The notes below the pieces were generated by a model, which was not told the origin of the DNA, did no database searches, and saw nothing but the letters and a program-made list of their open reading frames with translations. Made by a program: the position numbers and the translations under genes. Positions 28,013-42,552 of a stretch of DNA of 64,000 nt are shown here, in pieces. Each line of letters starts with the position of its first letter. Positions within the stretch are counted from its first letter, which is position 1. Origin of the DNA: Marsupella aquatica (lineage: Eukaryota; Plantae; Marchantiophyta); the NCBI GenBank assembly GCA_973895155.1, contig OZ316895.1, positions 13,565,186 through 13,629,185 on the forward strand, written 5' to 3'.

Positions 28013-31000
28013 TTGAGGCCGTTTCTCCGCGAACTTTGGGGGGGGGGGGGCGACGAGAAGTGGACTGCAGGCAGTTTTAGTGGAGCTCCGCTGCTTACTT
28101 TAGCTGAGCTATACTATACTCATCGTAGCCCAGCGTAGGTTCGTTGCAGAGAGGAGAATGGGAGACAGGATGGCACCCATAAAATAGGCCTTGCAGTATG
28201 GAGCAATAAGGAACCAATCAATGAAATGAATCTTATCGACTTGAAAAGTTTTGTTCTACACGCCAATTGAGAGGGGCGCTCTGATCTAGCACAATGTATA
28301 GTGTTACTGGATTTTGTTTTGGACGGTTTCCGATAATTATAGAGTATCGTTAATAGTTACCAGAGATCATTAGATCAGGCAGGATTTTGTCTTCGTATGG
28401 AGATTGTATTGAATGCCTCGATTTGGGGTGTCTCCAAATCTGGATGCAATGGAGAATGTATTGTACTTGGCGTCTTGGCTGATGAGGTTTTGAGTGGGCT
28501 ATGGTGACGACTGGCCATTTATTGGTGATACCTACTTTGACTTTTCTCTCAAGACCATTCTATACATGAAATAAATAAAAGCCACTTTTTGTTATCTTTG
28601 AAATTTAGTGGAGCTGGTGGGGACCTCCTCAATGAAAAGTTGGATGGACTACCCAATGTTGATAACAAAGAGCAGGTTTCCACGAACTGCAGCGCAGGAA
28701 TTATCTAGAATTTACCCCTGCGCTTGAGTTGTGGCTACCGTGACGTCAAGGAAACTCGACGTGAAATTGTGGTTTAAATCATCTCTTGTCATGACAAAAA
28801 TTTGGTTATAGCAAGTTTCACTGTAAATAATATCATTTCCTTATTTTCCCCTCTCTTGTTTCTTTGCTTCTTGGCCTTTCTCGGCCCTCTGGCTCTTTCC
28901 CCTTGATTGGGTCTTTTGCCAGAGGGATCATGTCTTCCGATTGGGCACCCCTTGTCCTTTTGTAGTTTAAAATAAATTATTTATGAAATAATATGGAATC
29001 GGAGAGGAGAAGAATGAGAAAAAAAGGAAAAAGGAAAAAATCTTGGACACTTGCCTGTTTTATATGACTAGTTGGAGATTTAAGGAGTGCACTCCACTGC
29101 TGTAGCTCACTTGTAGAGCAAATAAAGTAATCCATTGACAAACTCCTTGGCTAGAACTTTAATTCACTCCTAAGCTAATATAATACAACAAATTTGCTAC
29201 CTCAATTTAGGCCATTTGAAACATGGACATCACAAAAACTTTACTCCTCATAAATAAAACTGAGCAAAGCTACTCTAGGTGCTCAAGAAATGAAGGAGCT
29301 TTTAAAGAGTATTTGGACACATACCCACCAAGTACAGCTGTTGGATCTGATTTCATACCTTGCTTTACTTTTTTAGGGATATGTTTGATGGACCCCCTTC
29401 ATCAAACTTTGCTTTACCAGTCACCGCAAAAGTTTTTTAACAAACCCGGCCCCTCTGATGATCCAAAGAAATCGCGTAGTTTTGCGTCCCCAACTGCATT
29501 GCTGCATATTTCTGTGCTATGGTTTTCCATGCCGCGTGATATTTAACAAGGAGTGCAATAAGCAGGCAGTTGTTTTTTTTTATTGGAAGCAAATATGGAG
29601 GCTGTCTAAATATTAATTGAAGTTTACAAAACAGAAAGCATTCACCTGAATTCTTCATTTTGCAATTACCCTAATCTCGTAGGCTCAATAATGAGTGGCC
29701 CATTCCAACAATAATGACAGCTGCCGGGACAGCAGCCAACACCATTCCATGCCTCCAGTTTGATGAAAAATGTAGTTTGTGTTAGAAAACCTTGTGGTCA
29801 TAGTTCAATTGAGCAGAGTTCATGGTTCACACGCCTATAGTCACGGTCCTCAGTTTGCTCCTAGTAACCAAAATCACACTTTAGAAGAACCTCTACAGCT
29901 CATTTTAGAGGAGGTTGAGTTTGTAAAAAATAGTTTCAGAGGCACAAAGGTTGGTTCTGGAGACTTGGATGGAAACCCTAAACCCAGAGTGGAACACGAT
30001 AGGCCAAAATACTCTGAAAAAGTTTAAATAGTGTTGTTGGGACATACTCTCAATTTTTGGTTTGTGTCCATCAAGTTTCTGTAAGTCCATTCAAGCACTT
30101 TGTCAAACCTTTGCGTCTAATTGTTCTTTTCTTGTAGCTCGTAAGTAAATTTGAACATATACAGTTCTATTGCATTTTCCATTTTCCATCGTGAAATGTG
30201 AAAATTTAGAGACATCCTGTAGTTAAGTGGTTTCATAACACGCTGGGCCAAAAGCCCTTTTTCTCTTTTTTTTTTTTTTTTTGGAAAAGGGGGACTCAAG
30301 AGATCCAATGAATAAAGGGAGGCCAATCAAATTTTGATTACTATGCGTCCAGTAAAAGTGAGAAGTAGCAGGGAAGACGAGGCCCTTTTGAAACACAAGT
30401 AAAAACAGTTCCAATTGCACTCACATTTTTGGATGTTTAGGAGTTGTTGGGTCTTGTATATCAACATATGCATATGGGGTCATCTTCTACCTTGCCTTGT
30501 CAAGAGTAACATTAAGTTGTGTATCTAAACATCTTGTGATATATGATCAGATCAAATTGTTTCAGTGTTCATTTGAAGCTTCATTAGTTTGATCCCACCA
30601 CAGTTGACAAAATGAACAAGTCAGGCCTCAGTGTCTAATTTTAAAAGGTAAAGTATCATGTTATCGAAGAATACTAATTCTTCTTAGTCTAATATACCCT
30701 AAGTATATTGACTACCTACCTATCCTTAGTTCGTGAGTTCTGTGATACACACCTGCTCAAGGCATGATAATATTGGATCGAATCCTTGCTATGATTGGAA
30801 GAGAAGGAAGGGAGTCAAAATTTTGCATGGACCCAAAGTTTTGACGAGGTGCCCAAGGAACTTAGTTAACCCAGATAGACACAATCCAAACATCAAACTA
30901 TACTTGCATGACATTTTTATTTGTGTTTTGAGAATACTTTGCTCGTGATTTGTTACTCATAGTTTGATTGTGTCCATCCCAGTCTTCTGAATCAACCTGT

Positions 31001-31602
31001 GTGTCTACAGGGCTCTGGGTATGGCTCTCTTTGGGAAGACTCCGGGCAAAGGGTCTTCTCCTGGGTTAGGATTAATGGTGTGCATTGAGATCTGCGCAAT
31101 TGGAGGGGATCCTTTCACTGTCTGTCTCTACCCCATTAGAGCATCTCAAAACTGACAATTTGATGGACCTTAATTGTCTAGTAATGGGGTATGGACACAA
31201 AAAGTTACTACAAAATTCATAGTAGTTAAGTGCCATAAGGATTGGTTTTATGTCATTACCATTAGTAACCCTATACGCTAGTGAAAGGAATAAAAACTTT
31301 GACATGACCTTGTGAAAGAATTATGACCATTTCTTTTTGGCCCAAATGCAATCATCCTTAATTTCCAACTTTTGAGAAGCCCTATCAACCGCAGTTGCAT
31401 TTAAAGAAACGGGCCAAAAAAATGCCGAGGAGCTACTGCAGTCCAGGGATGACCCTAGTCTCTTCCCCGGGGATTACGAGCGACGGTGAGCGTTGTCTGT
31501 GCAGTCGGACAGGGAGCCCTTGACCGTCGATCTCGCCCACACTAACTGCAGTTACCTTCGAAGAGAGCGAGGGAGAAATTGCCGACGAGCGAAATAAGAG
31601 CT

Positions 31603-31641
31603 GAGAGGAGAGGAGAGGAGAGGAGAGGAGAGGAGAGGAGA
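31603..31641. repeat. (GAGGA)n microsatellite
   Basis: About 8 pentamer units. Confidence 0.9.
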
Positions 31642-31919
31642 GCTCCGCCGACGTAGATGCAAAGGCCGAATTGCTTTCTCCGATCGTCCGGGAGCAATTT
31701 GGCAGCAGCATTCTGATGAGAATGCCGAGGTGTGGTTTCTCTCCCGCTTTCACGATGCACGAGCCTACTGGCCGTCCTTTGGACCACAATAATTGGTGAA
31801 GAAAAAAAGAAGGGTCATTTCATTTCCCAGCCATCGATGGTACGTTTCTGCCGGGTCTAGAGGCTCCACTGTAGAGCATAGCCCTTCTAAGAGCTAGTTT
31901 TCATGATTATATACTTAAA

Positions 31920-32630
31920 TTGAGGAATTTCTCGTCTATTTAGCATTGTGATAAGAATGTGTCGATGTGTGCTTCCTCTGCCCCTTGTTTCTTGCGATTT
32001 TTCTGGACTTTGAGGACTTCTTCATCCACTTTGTCGTCTGTCTAGTGTTTGGCTTTCCTATGAGAATTTCCGTGTGGTTTCTCTCCCGCTTATTATTTTC
32101 TCGCCGATTTTCCTGGATATTGAAGACTTCCTCATCCGCTTTCTCGTCTTTCTAAAGCGCACCTCGACATTCTCATCTGTCCTTTGTGTCTATGCAAACT
32201 TTTGTCTCCCTTCCTTGTCTTCCAAAGTTTGGCTGATGAGAATGTCGAGGTGCGCTTTCTCTCCCGTTTACTTTCTCCCAATTTATCTGAGCATTGAGGA
32301 CTTCCTCATCTCTTTTCTAGTCTATTTACTGTAGCACTCTTATGAGAATGTCGATGTGTGCTTTCTCTCCCCCTTACGTTCTCGCGATTTTTCTGGACAC
32401 CGGATACCTCCTCATCCGCTTTCTCGTCTATTTACCATTCTGATGTGAACGTGTTTTCTCTCCCGCTTTACTTTCTCGCGACTTTTAGGACATTGAGGAA
32501 TCTCGCATCTGCTTTCTCGTCTAATTAATATTCTGATGAGAACTGGGAGGTATTATTTCTTTCCCGCTCACTACTTTCTCAATAATTACTAGACATTGAG
32601 GATTTTCTCATCCCCGTTCTCGTCCACTTT
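31920..32630. repeat. Degenerate tandem repeat, about 95-105 bp unit
   Basis: tgatgagaatgtcga.gtg.gctttctctcccg...ttctggacattgaggacttcctcatccgctttctcgtcta recurs about 6 times, with a partial copy at about 31714-31750. Confidence 0.75.
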
Positions 32631-34005
32631 CTGGACCACTATCTGGACATCATCGTAGTAATAGTCTCCATGCCGGCAGACCTTCCTGCCTGCCTGCCTG
32701 TTGACGCTTGCGATGTCCCACGTCCCGCTCGCCCTCATGCCCACCTCTACTCTCCGAGGGCAATTCGGGAGCACTTCCAAGAGCCTGATGAAGTTTGCTC
32801 TCTCATCATTCACATAGGTTCCTCATCTGTATTCTCCTTTGCCTCTACACGCTCTGATGTAATCAATCATACTATACAGTCCCACCGTATGTCTCAGATA
32901 ATCTCATCGCCAATCTTCTTCTTTCGATGATGGATTGGGATGGAAATATTATACGAACAATTCTTTGAAAATCTCCACGCTATTTTGTCGGACCATTGCT
33001 TCCTCGGGGAGACTATCTCTCTTTGTCAGTGGTCCCCATTCCTTCTTGTCTAACTGAATCACTCGGACTCTATTGTCTGAAGGCCTCCCCAAAAATGATG
33101 CATAGTTGAGTAGTCTCTACATCGCGTGCTAGGTTATTGCCTCATTTCACCGCATTCTGAAATTTTGAAATTTAGTTACAGTCATTGAATTCCTCACCCA
33201 GTGTTCAGATGGCAGTCCCGATCATCGTTGCATGGGAATAGATTACAGTATAGAGTTTCGTGGTCTAAAGTAGCCATTCGATCATTCTCAATGAGGTTTT
33301 AACGAACCTTCTCTTTCTCCCTCGTTTATTTTCATTTTCCGTATTGATGCTCGGTGAGGGACCTTAAGGCCATCTTTGCTGTTGTTTGTTGTGAGGCCTG
33401 TCTCTTGTTAGACACTCAAATGAAGTTGAACTGTTAACTCTGGCATTTAACATTACTTTATCCTTGTTGGTCTGGAGGAACCTGCTATTGATACCTGTCA
33501 ATCACTCTAACGAGTGGAGTATTTCCAAAACAGCCGGCTTAACAATCAGTCAAAGAATCCTTTTAATGACCGTCAACTCATGAACTGCCCACTTGGGTTT
33601 ACCTCTGATTCACCGGTCGACAGAGCAGTGGATGATATACCACACGCTGATGCAGCAAGTCGTCCAGTCTAGTCTACACTTGTGAGTTTTCGCAGAAACT
33701 GAAGACGCATCATGCATTGATGGCCTCCTTGAAATAGACGTAGTGCCATAATGAACATAACATAAGCTCCTCAAATCTGCTAAAACTGCATTGACTGTTT
33801 CTATTTCTATTTCTTGCTGATATATTCCATTTGAGAAACTTCAATCCTTTGCGTGCTGTGTTACGCATTAACAGGGGATTTTTGGTCTGCAGAAGAATTG
33901 GAGATATTTTGGTGAGACCAGGGACACGAATTGAGACTGTAGGGAGAATAGATCACTGCTAGCACCTAAATTCAAGAGCCATCAGAGGAAAGATTTGACA
34001 ACGCA

Positions 34006-34188
34006 ATGCCTTACAAACCAACTGTTGTCCTACGGGCCGCAGCGGCAGCTGGTTTTGCTGTCATGGCCAAAGCTGCAGCCATGGTTAAGGCTGCTGGAGG
34101 TGTGAAGATGGGTGCAGCAGCAGCTGCTATGGCGGCTGCAGCAACAGCGGCAGTTGGAAACAAAAAGGAACAGCCCCAACAGAGATGA
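34006..34188 (+). CDS. Putative 60-aa Ala-rich small protein
   Basis: ATG in gcaATGc context. Ala codons are mixed (GCC/GCA/GCG/GCT), so it is not a simple trinucleotide run. Plausible upstream acceptor ttggtctgcag at 33892 and donor G|GTACG near 31840. Confidence 0.5.
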   Translation: MPYKPTVVLRAAAAAGFAVMAKAAAMVKAAGGVKMGAAAAAMAAAATAAVGNKKEQPQQR

Positions 34189-37100
34189 AGGAATTGGTGC
34201 TATCTACTGGTTCTCGATCTTTAAGAAGTCCGACGTTGACCGGGTGATTCTGCAGCATCAAAATCAAGAGAAAGCTCAATGGAATCGTCATATCCCCACC
34301 CGTAGCACTATTTCTTCCACATCCGTCTGGTTTTAGAGTCTGACAAACATACGAAGCATTCCCGTTTTGGCATTTCTGTGGTGACAGGAAACTGTCTTCC
34401 TGCCTTTTGCACAACTTTGTCATTGGATTGGCTTCGGAAATCTTTGGCCAGGCGAGAAAAGACTCGTGTAGAAGTGAGGGTCATTGAAGTGAAATTGGTC
34501 ATCATGGTTTTTTTGGCTGTGTGTCAACATTTGGATTTCCAAATGTCACGGTTACCACCATTTCCTCGACCGAGCTTGTGCAAACATGCTTCGGCAAATG
34601 GGAAGTGCGATTTTTTGCTTAAAAGGGAGTGTAAGCCACAGAAGGCGAAGCGACTGCCTGTCAATGATGCGATCTTCACAAATCAAGTTCACTTTTCTCT
34701 TGAAACGCTCCTCGGACAATTTCTTTAGGAACTAACCAGTCTTCATAGATGAAGTCGAAGCTCTGCTTTAAGGGAGCGACATCTCCCTTCAGAAGCTCTT
34801 AAAAGGCAATTGCTTGGCCCGAATTGTTTTTAACCCTACAAACTGTGGGTTCTAATATTTCTTTGCATTTGGGGTCAAGGAAGTATACTTAACAGGCCTA
34901 TCATATCATTTAAAAACTATGAGGCAGTCACCAAGAGAATCTGATAAAAGGTAATTGCTTGGCTCTCTGGGGGTCACATGTGGCATGGAATTTCACGATT
35001 TTCAATCCTCGAACCTGTAAGTTCTAAGATTTCTTTGTATTTCAGTCTATCAAGGTTGAAGGTGTTCTTTCAAGGTTTATCAAACGAATTCGAAACTGAG
35101 GTACCTGAGAGGATGCGTGAGAGTTGTGTCGAGATTCTAAAAGCTTCTGGATTCACAGACAATTAGGTATTTTTGCTTGAAAGAATAAGACTTTTCTAAA
35201 CACGGGGACCATATTTCCCAATTCTGTGAAGAACTAAAGAACATGCATGGTAGTCCGTGCTGGAGTTTTCTTTCCAAGAGCACCTACTCCAGGGAAAGTT
35301 ATACAGTCGGCATGGAATCGGAAAGCTAGTAAAACAATTTGGGTACACCTTGAGACACTCCAGTGAAGTCAACCTAGGAAAGAACCTGTGTGATGATACA
35401 GTCGTGAGGCCTGTCTTTCAGTCCTAAATTTGGATCAGGCACAAAGGATCTCACTGTGAAACGTTGTGTAGAGTGTGTTGAATGTTGTTTACACAATGCA
35501 TAGTAGTGAGGAGGTTCTCATCATCAACAATGGGCATCACATGACGTTATCATATGTGCCATCGTGAATTTAGAGCAGGACAGCCACAAGACAGAGGATC
35601 CTTTCTCAAACACTTTTGGCAATGCGAATAGCGTATTAGGGCTACATGTTCCGTCGTTATCATATGTGCCAATGTGATGTTAGGGCTGTAGACAATCGAC
35701 ACCCGCATAATTCCACTGACCTGCGTGTCTAAAAGCGTAACAGAGTATAATAAATATTGACAGATTGAGGTTCCCAGTCGTAAAGAACGATGATGGTCGG
35801 TTAAACAAACTTCTACTGCATAAAGTCGATCAGAATTTCAGAAACGTATGTATAGTAAATCAGCGCAGATCCTTGGTCAGGGCCGTCCCGGTGACGTGTA
35901 ATATGAAAATCTGTAAGAACAACTCATTTCTTGCCACTGCAGTATGTCACATACAAGACATAGAAGTTGAATTTATCACCCCAAAGTACTTCGCCTGGTG
36001 TGGTCGAGTTCACGTCATTCGCAGCCGAGAGGCAGCACCATAATTTATCCTTTGTGGCTCGCTACCGTTTATATGCATGCACCTTCAAAAGAAGAACAAG
36101 GTGAGAAACGATGTAGATCTTCACTGGGTGCTCTTCCTTCAAGCACAGTAGATGGCGTCTGATAACCCATAGTTTAGAGCCCTAGCTCACTCGAATTGGA
36201 CGGATTGACATCCTCGAGCTAGTTTAGCTCTACTGTTGTGTTAGGAAGGTCAGTGACGTAGATCTAACCGCATGTCTAAGGGTGTCTTGACCTTGCGTTA
36301 TACGATGCTCTTGAAGAAGAGCTAGCTGTTGGATTACTGACATAGTACCTTCTCCAATAAACTTCAACTAGGCATGTTTTGAACTCCCTGGAAAGAAACC
36401 TGCATTGACCTACTTTATTCACGTTCATTGCCTGTCATTATCTGTGTCATTAATTGAGTAACACTCGGAAATTCAAACGACGATGAGAGAGAAATGACAT
36501 CAATCCGCTTCGTTCCTGCATTCGCAAATTGGGTATCTCGTGATAAAGGAACAGATATTTTGATCTTCATCGGGAACCCCCACCCTGCTCATACCGTAGC
36601 ATTCTCCTCTCAGCAGAATCAATGCAAGCACTGTCGAAGCCCATCAATTCGAGGGTCTGAGTAAAGAACAAGACCGCCACTTCATAACACGTGCATCTTG
36701 TTTGTGGTTCGATGGTAGACTCCACATCAATTGACGTTGACCGCGATTTGTAGACATCTACAAACTAGTCAGGCCCTTCCGTATCTTCGTGCTAGTGCTG
36801 GTCAACCGTTATCTCAGAAATTTGGAAATGGCTCCCCTAACCATGAATTATTCTGCGACTCCTGCCCTTCCAAACATCATCAGAATGCACACAGTCAAGA
36901 ACACTTGCAAAAGTGTCCAGGAGGTACAAACTCAGCATACGATGGGAAACACAAGCTCTTATGTATCCACGTGCTGAAATGGACGCGCCAGACCAAAAAA
37001 TTGGCTTTTTTCGTGGAGTTCCAGTGGTGTGGGGTCGAGATCATCACAACTCTTTGACATGCGAGCATTGTGTTTCCCAGCTGTCAATGTGAGTTTACGA

Positions 37101-37526
37101 TGTACCATACAGTGATAGATGCATACTCTGAGGGAGGCTGCTGCGTATTTCACGTTACGAAGTCTTCCTAAAAGCAGTTTCTCAATCCTCGAAGGTTTGA
37201 GCACGTGACGAATGTTCGCACAAATTTATCTACGGCCCATGACTTTTGACGAATTGCAATCTGTCAATGACAACGCCAACGAATTCAGCACGGCCCAGAA
37301 CATGTCTCTACCACAGATGTACAACACCTAAAAAGAAAACAAAAACCTAGGCTTCAGAAAATACCCTGTGAACGATATAACCAGCAAAATGAGCACAACA
37401 AAGACATATGTCCCAAAGCGGACGTATAAAGAATACCAAAAAAAATAAAACCTTGACTTCAGTAAGTGGAGTGGTACCAAGAATGTGGAGCTGAACAGCC
37501 AGCGTAGTAGAGAGGATGTCATACTT

Positions 37527-39856
37527 TCAAGGCTGTGGACTTGGAGGACTTTCATTCACAAGGCGAGGCCGTCGCGTGTTTGGATCAATCTGGACACTAA
37601 GGCCCATTTTTTTAAGTTCTGGGAGATTGACAGACTCTGTCACCTCCAACTGTGAAATTTCCTGTTGATTGCGTTCGTTTCCCTCCAGCAAGTTCCTCAT
37701 AGCCCAGAGACCCCACTCTCTCAAAAAGGGATTGTCGTTATCGACCACGCACTGTTGAAGGACCAAAAGAAGGCTGCCCTTCTCTCGGATTTGATCTTGA
37801 ACAGGAGAATTCTGGTAAGAGATGTTGGCAATCACAGCCACAATGTCCCGTCGATAACCAAGGTAAGGATTCTTGCGAGGGAATTTCCCCAAGTGATGAG
37901 GAAATCTATCTTCCACCGGCATCCCACCTGTATCACCTTTGCCAGGAACTCCTGGTGGGCCAAGAGCCTCGAGCAAGTTTAGGAGAAGGTCAACAAAGCC
38001 GTGTGAGAGAAGACGTGTTGCTATCTGCATACGATCTCCATGGGTACTATCCCAGGCAAGTAACATCCTCCATATTGATAGGACAAAGCCCAATATCTGA
38101 GCAGTGCAAGATGCGGAGGTTATAACAGGCACAGGACTAAGCTCGGCAGCTTTAAGTTCGCCCTGGGCTGCCATTCGTAGTATATCGATCATAAAGCACA
38201 TGGAGTTCCAAGGCATTGGCAGTCCTCCGGCATTTTTCTCGCTTTCGTCAGCAGAGGCAGTAGACAAGGGGTAGGTTGACACTCGACTATTCAGACAATC
38301 ACATAGAGTGTATAGGAGGCTGGCCTGCAGTGAGGTTAGCGTTGAGCTCTCGAGGCACAGTCGACATAGACCCAGAAGATCATCTGTATTCACTTTGTCA
38401 TAAGCTAACTCTCGCTTTAATGGTGGAACTCCTAGGTTTACCAACAAGAGAGGGAACAACGGCTCCTGCAGACATAGGTGCTGCACCAGGAGTTCAGACC
38501 AGTCGATCTGCCCAGAGCTTGAAGAAGCATTGCCAGGTGCATCGTCTGAAACCCAAAACATCCAAACCCTGCCAGAATAAGGTCACAATTATTTAATGAC
38601 ACTGACAGCCAAAGATAGGAGCTGGTTACATCCCGTAGACCATGGATCTTTTAAGAAATACACAAGAACGCACGTGGCAATCCCCATTTCGTGCCTCCTG
38701 ATTTCCTTACATTGTTATATTGCAGCGTAGGTTCTTTACAATTCAGGCCCTTGAGTCTTCTTTTCGAGCCATTGTGGCACATTCTCTTCATCTGTCTAAC
38801 CAATGCTATAGACATATTCATCCTCGATATAGTGAGTGACGTGCTTTCTGTCTGGGTGAGCAGTTTTCCCTGAATTGAACTTCAAGATTTGTGCTAAAGC
38901 TAGCAAGAATCATCCGCAAAACCCCGTTGTTTTGCAACCCCTAATTGAACAGTGTCATTTAAGAGAAGTTAAAGGCTTATACATGAATTGGTCCAGACAA
39001 ATGCAAATTTTGAGTTAGAAATAGTACCTAGATTACTGTCCATCGATGCCACAATCAGCAGGGCCACGAGAGCAGCACCATTGCCCTGACACAACTCCCA
39101 GCAACGCCTGGAATTGCTGTGGCAGCATGTGTAAAGTACCATACAAAGGGGCCCGTAGATCTCCTCCACACGCAGGGCCGCCAGTTCCAAAAGCACTGAG
39201 GGGAAGAAATTCTCCCACACAGCAGCCTGACAGGCCTCTCCACGGCCTGAAAAATTCCCTAGAAGCTGTACCATCATCTTTAGACATCCTACTGCAGACC
39301 CAGAAGCACGCCCTTGTTCTGTGCGAGAAATTAAAGCACTAGACCCAAATCGTGCAATAATCCGTTCAAGCGTTGAATCCTTCTCCGATACGACATTAGA
39401 CTGACCACCAAAATCTCGCGATGTATCAAGAGCCTGAGCTTGTCTTAGTAGTGTAGTTGCTACGGTGGCCAGAATTTCAGCTCCGCCACTGTCCAACAAA
39501 GCATCCTGGTTGGTGGAATCTCCAGCACTCAGGTTCCTGATGAGCTTTAGGAGAAGGAGAAGTTGATCGAGGAGCTCATCGTCGGACGAGGGAGAGGACA
39601 AATCGGAAGCTTCGGGGGTCGAGATGGAGGAGTCATTCACTCCATGAGAGACTTTGAGAAATCGCTGCAGCAAAACCACAAGCGAGACCACGATTCTCAG
39701 CTCCGCAAGCTTCGCTCGCCCTTCCGTGGACCGCGAAACATTGATCAGCTCCACGAGGGCCTTTTTCTCCAGAAACCCAAAACCCTCAGACTCTACCGGT
39801 ACCTTGAGACGCTCCACCAACTCGTGTAAACTTGAATCGTAGCCCGCCACTTCCAT
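37527..39856 (-). CDS. ATXN10: Ataxin-10 / MEE50-like ARM-repeat protein, 2 exons, about 615 aa
   Basis: Exon 39028-39856 (or from the ATG at 39892) joins 37527-38545 through a phase-1 GT..tttcAG intron (1848 nt from 39856). LKLIRNLSAGDSTNQD at the N-terminus; C-terminal ataxin-10 motif PYLGYRRDIVAVIAN..QDQIRE..LQQCVVDNDNPFLREWGLWAMRNLLEGNERNQ. Confidence 0.9.
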
Positions 39857-39882
39857 ATTTCCAGCAACACGAGCAATACCTC

Positions 39883-40266
39883 CTGCCAACATCCTGCTAT
39901 GCTCGACAATTCACACACAGCACTCATTAGCATCGGCCACCCTGCTATAAACTAGTAGCAGCTACACTCTACTCACCAATCCAAAGCTTCCTAGTTGCTG
40001 ATGATGGCTGCCAACATCCTGCTACGCTCGACAATTCACACACAGCACTCATTAGCATCGGCCACCCTGCTATAAACTACTGTAGTAGCAGCTACACTCT
40101 ACTCACCAATCCAAAGCTTCCTAGTTGCTGATGATGGCTGCCCACATCCTGCTGCGCTCGATAATTCGCACACAACACTCATTATTAGCATCGGCCACCC
40201 TGGTGTAAACTAGTAGCAGCTGCACTCTACCCACCAATCCAAAGCTTCATAGTTGTGGATGATGGC
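39883..40266. repeat. About 125-130 bp tandem repeat, 3 copies, abutting the ataxin-10 start
   Basis: ctgccaacatcctgcta.gctcgacaattcacacacagcactcattagcatcggccaccctg...gatgatggct at 39883, 40008 and 40138. Confidence 0.92.
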
Positions 40267-40862
40267 TTTTAGCGTTTCCACACTGTCATGTAAAAGTTTT
40301 TTTGTTTTTGTTTTTTTCACTGGTAGACCCCCTTATGGAAAAGTTTGTTTAATCAACCCCCTCAATACTTTTCCCCAATCTGGACCATTGATGGACCTTT
40401 GGGTCTCAGATCTGGACCATTGATAGACCTCAGGGGGTCGATCAAATAACAAGTTTCATTTTGGGGGTCGATCAAGCAAATACCTCCTCTCGAGTGGCTT
40501 CTGATCATAGGGTTTTTCACAGTGTTATGTAAAAGCAGTTTTGTTTTTATATCACTGGCCTCCTCTCCAGTGGCTTATGGTCATAGTGTTTTTCACAGTG
40601 TAAGTACAAGCTTTTTTGTTTTTTATCACTAGCCTCTACAGTTGCTTATGGTCAGTGTTATGTAAAATCTTTTTTGTGTTTAATCACTAGCCTCTACAGT
40701 TGCTTATGGTAACCTCTCTCTGTGTATTGTTTACTGAAACGAGCACATACATTGAGTGCCCCTCTCTATACTGAGTTGAGTACATACTTTGAGTGCCATC
40801 TCTCTCAGGGATTTGTTTCCTGAATTGATCACATAAAGAACCTGGCCTGTCACATCACAGAG

Positions 40863-40914
40863 GGGGTTGGTCACCAAGGGGGGTTGGTCACCAAGGGGGG
40901 TTGGTCACCAAGGG
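40863..40914. repeat. 16-bp tandem repeat, 3 copies
   Basis: (gggggttggtcaccaa)3. Confidence 0.85.
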
Positions 40915-42552
40915 TCAACGAAGTTACATGCCTATTAGATGTATAACGAAGGTCACAATGGCTTGACAAAGTTATTGGACTACTACATGTGTCAAGAAGA
41001 TGGTTGCACTACTCAGTCTGCAGATCAAGACCATGTTTCAGACATACCTAGTCGCATGTCATTTTCCAAATATTCTTGAAAAACCTAGAGTTAGCTGGCA
41101 TTGAGTTGAAGAGAGTGGTGCAGCATGGAAGAAGAATCTTTCTCGAGGATTGACTTGTTCCTCACATCATTACATGTGTCAACGAATGCTTCTACAATGT
41201 GTTAATTGCAGCTCACCCCCCTTTGGAGCCAAATTGGCTAATTAGAGAGTGACACGGGGTGGATTCACACCTGGAAAAAGAGGAAGTTTTCACCACACAT
41301 TAGTGTCTTCTCTATCTTTTAATTGTATAATGAATCCAAGACCACTCAAGAAGCACCATAAAAATATTTATACAACCATGTAAACACTTAGCAGGTAAGG
41401 ATGCCAAAGCGGATACCCTCATGCATTACCAATTTGAATGTACTAAACCCAAGCAGCCCATGACTATCCAGAAACTAAACTTGGTCGCAGGATTTTCGGC
41501 ATTTTGGAACAATATATACAGTGAAGTTGAACAAATTAATACTAGAACCGCCTCTTCATTTGAAATCCTTTAGGGGGATCATCGCTCAAGGTTCCTAAAT
41601 TTTGATTGGACAAGATCTGGAAGTTAGAAGTCACAATTTGAACCCCGGACCTCTCTGTTCCCAGCTAGTAGTTTTGACAAGCAGGGTTAATGGTAACTCA
41701 AGGCACAACTAAAAGGATGTGGACACAGACCTTTTTTGTCCTCCCTTGTGAACCTTCATACGGGGCTTATTTGGGTCCCAGCTAATGAGTTCATTTGTGC
41801 AAAGGCAAATAAAGGACAATGTAATTGTTGTGACGAACTGGGCACCATCATATAGAGACACCAGATCCTTATGTACTCCCGTATGTAATGGGCAAAGAAA
41901 TGGAATTTGGTGTGGATAAGGCCTTGTCACATCATTCTAGGTAGTGTTAGAGTGTATTGTACTATCTAGATCCGTATGTTTAGTATGTGTGCTATATGAG
42001 CCGATAAGGTTCCATCAGGTTTGTGTGAGAGGGTGCTTCTCACTTGTGAGGCATTGAAAGGTCATCTTTCAATGTTGAGCCTTGGAGAGAGAGGAGCTTG
42101 AGTGGCTATGGTGGTTGTGAGTTCTGCTTGTGTAACGTGGATTCCTTGAGTAGTGCAAGGTGCGTTGGCTTGACATACGTGTGTGATCGGATCGGTGCGG
42201 GATCGATGGGGTATTGTTGACCGGGATCGTTGTGCCGATTGTATGGAGATTACATTGAAAGATCAGGCATCGGACTCTGCTGTTGTTGGACAGAGTTTTG
42301 ATTTTCAGTTTGATTGTGTTTGACAACGGTTCGTGGTATCTCGGATCGTGCATCGTATTGCTTGATTGGATCGCCGATCGAGTGCGGTGCAGGAGTGGGA
42401 GAGGCAACTCGTGGTTACTCGGGACGAGGGGCGTGAGGGCGGAGCAGGAGCGGGCGGGCCAGCAAGCAAGCAAGCCAGCTTGCTGGGACGTGAGGAGTAG
42501 TTTGCAAGCTGCTGATTTTGGAGCGGCCAATTTGGTGCATAACTACAAGTGA

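Noticed and set aside
38800-38869. Possible extra cassette exon in the ataxin-10 intron
   Set aside because: An AG acceptor at 38870 and a candidate GT donor exist, but the peptide is unrecognisable and the direct splice already gives a full protein.
40863-40914. Match of gggttggtcacca to about 49898-49910
   Set aside because: Only 13 bp with no extended similarity; likely chance.
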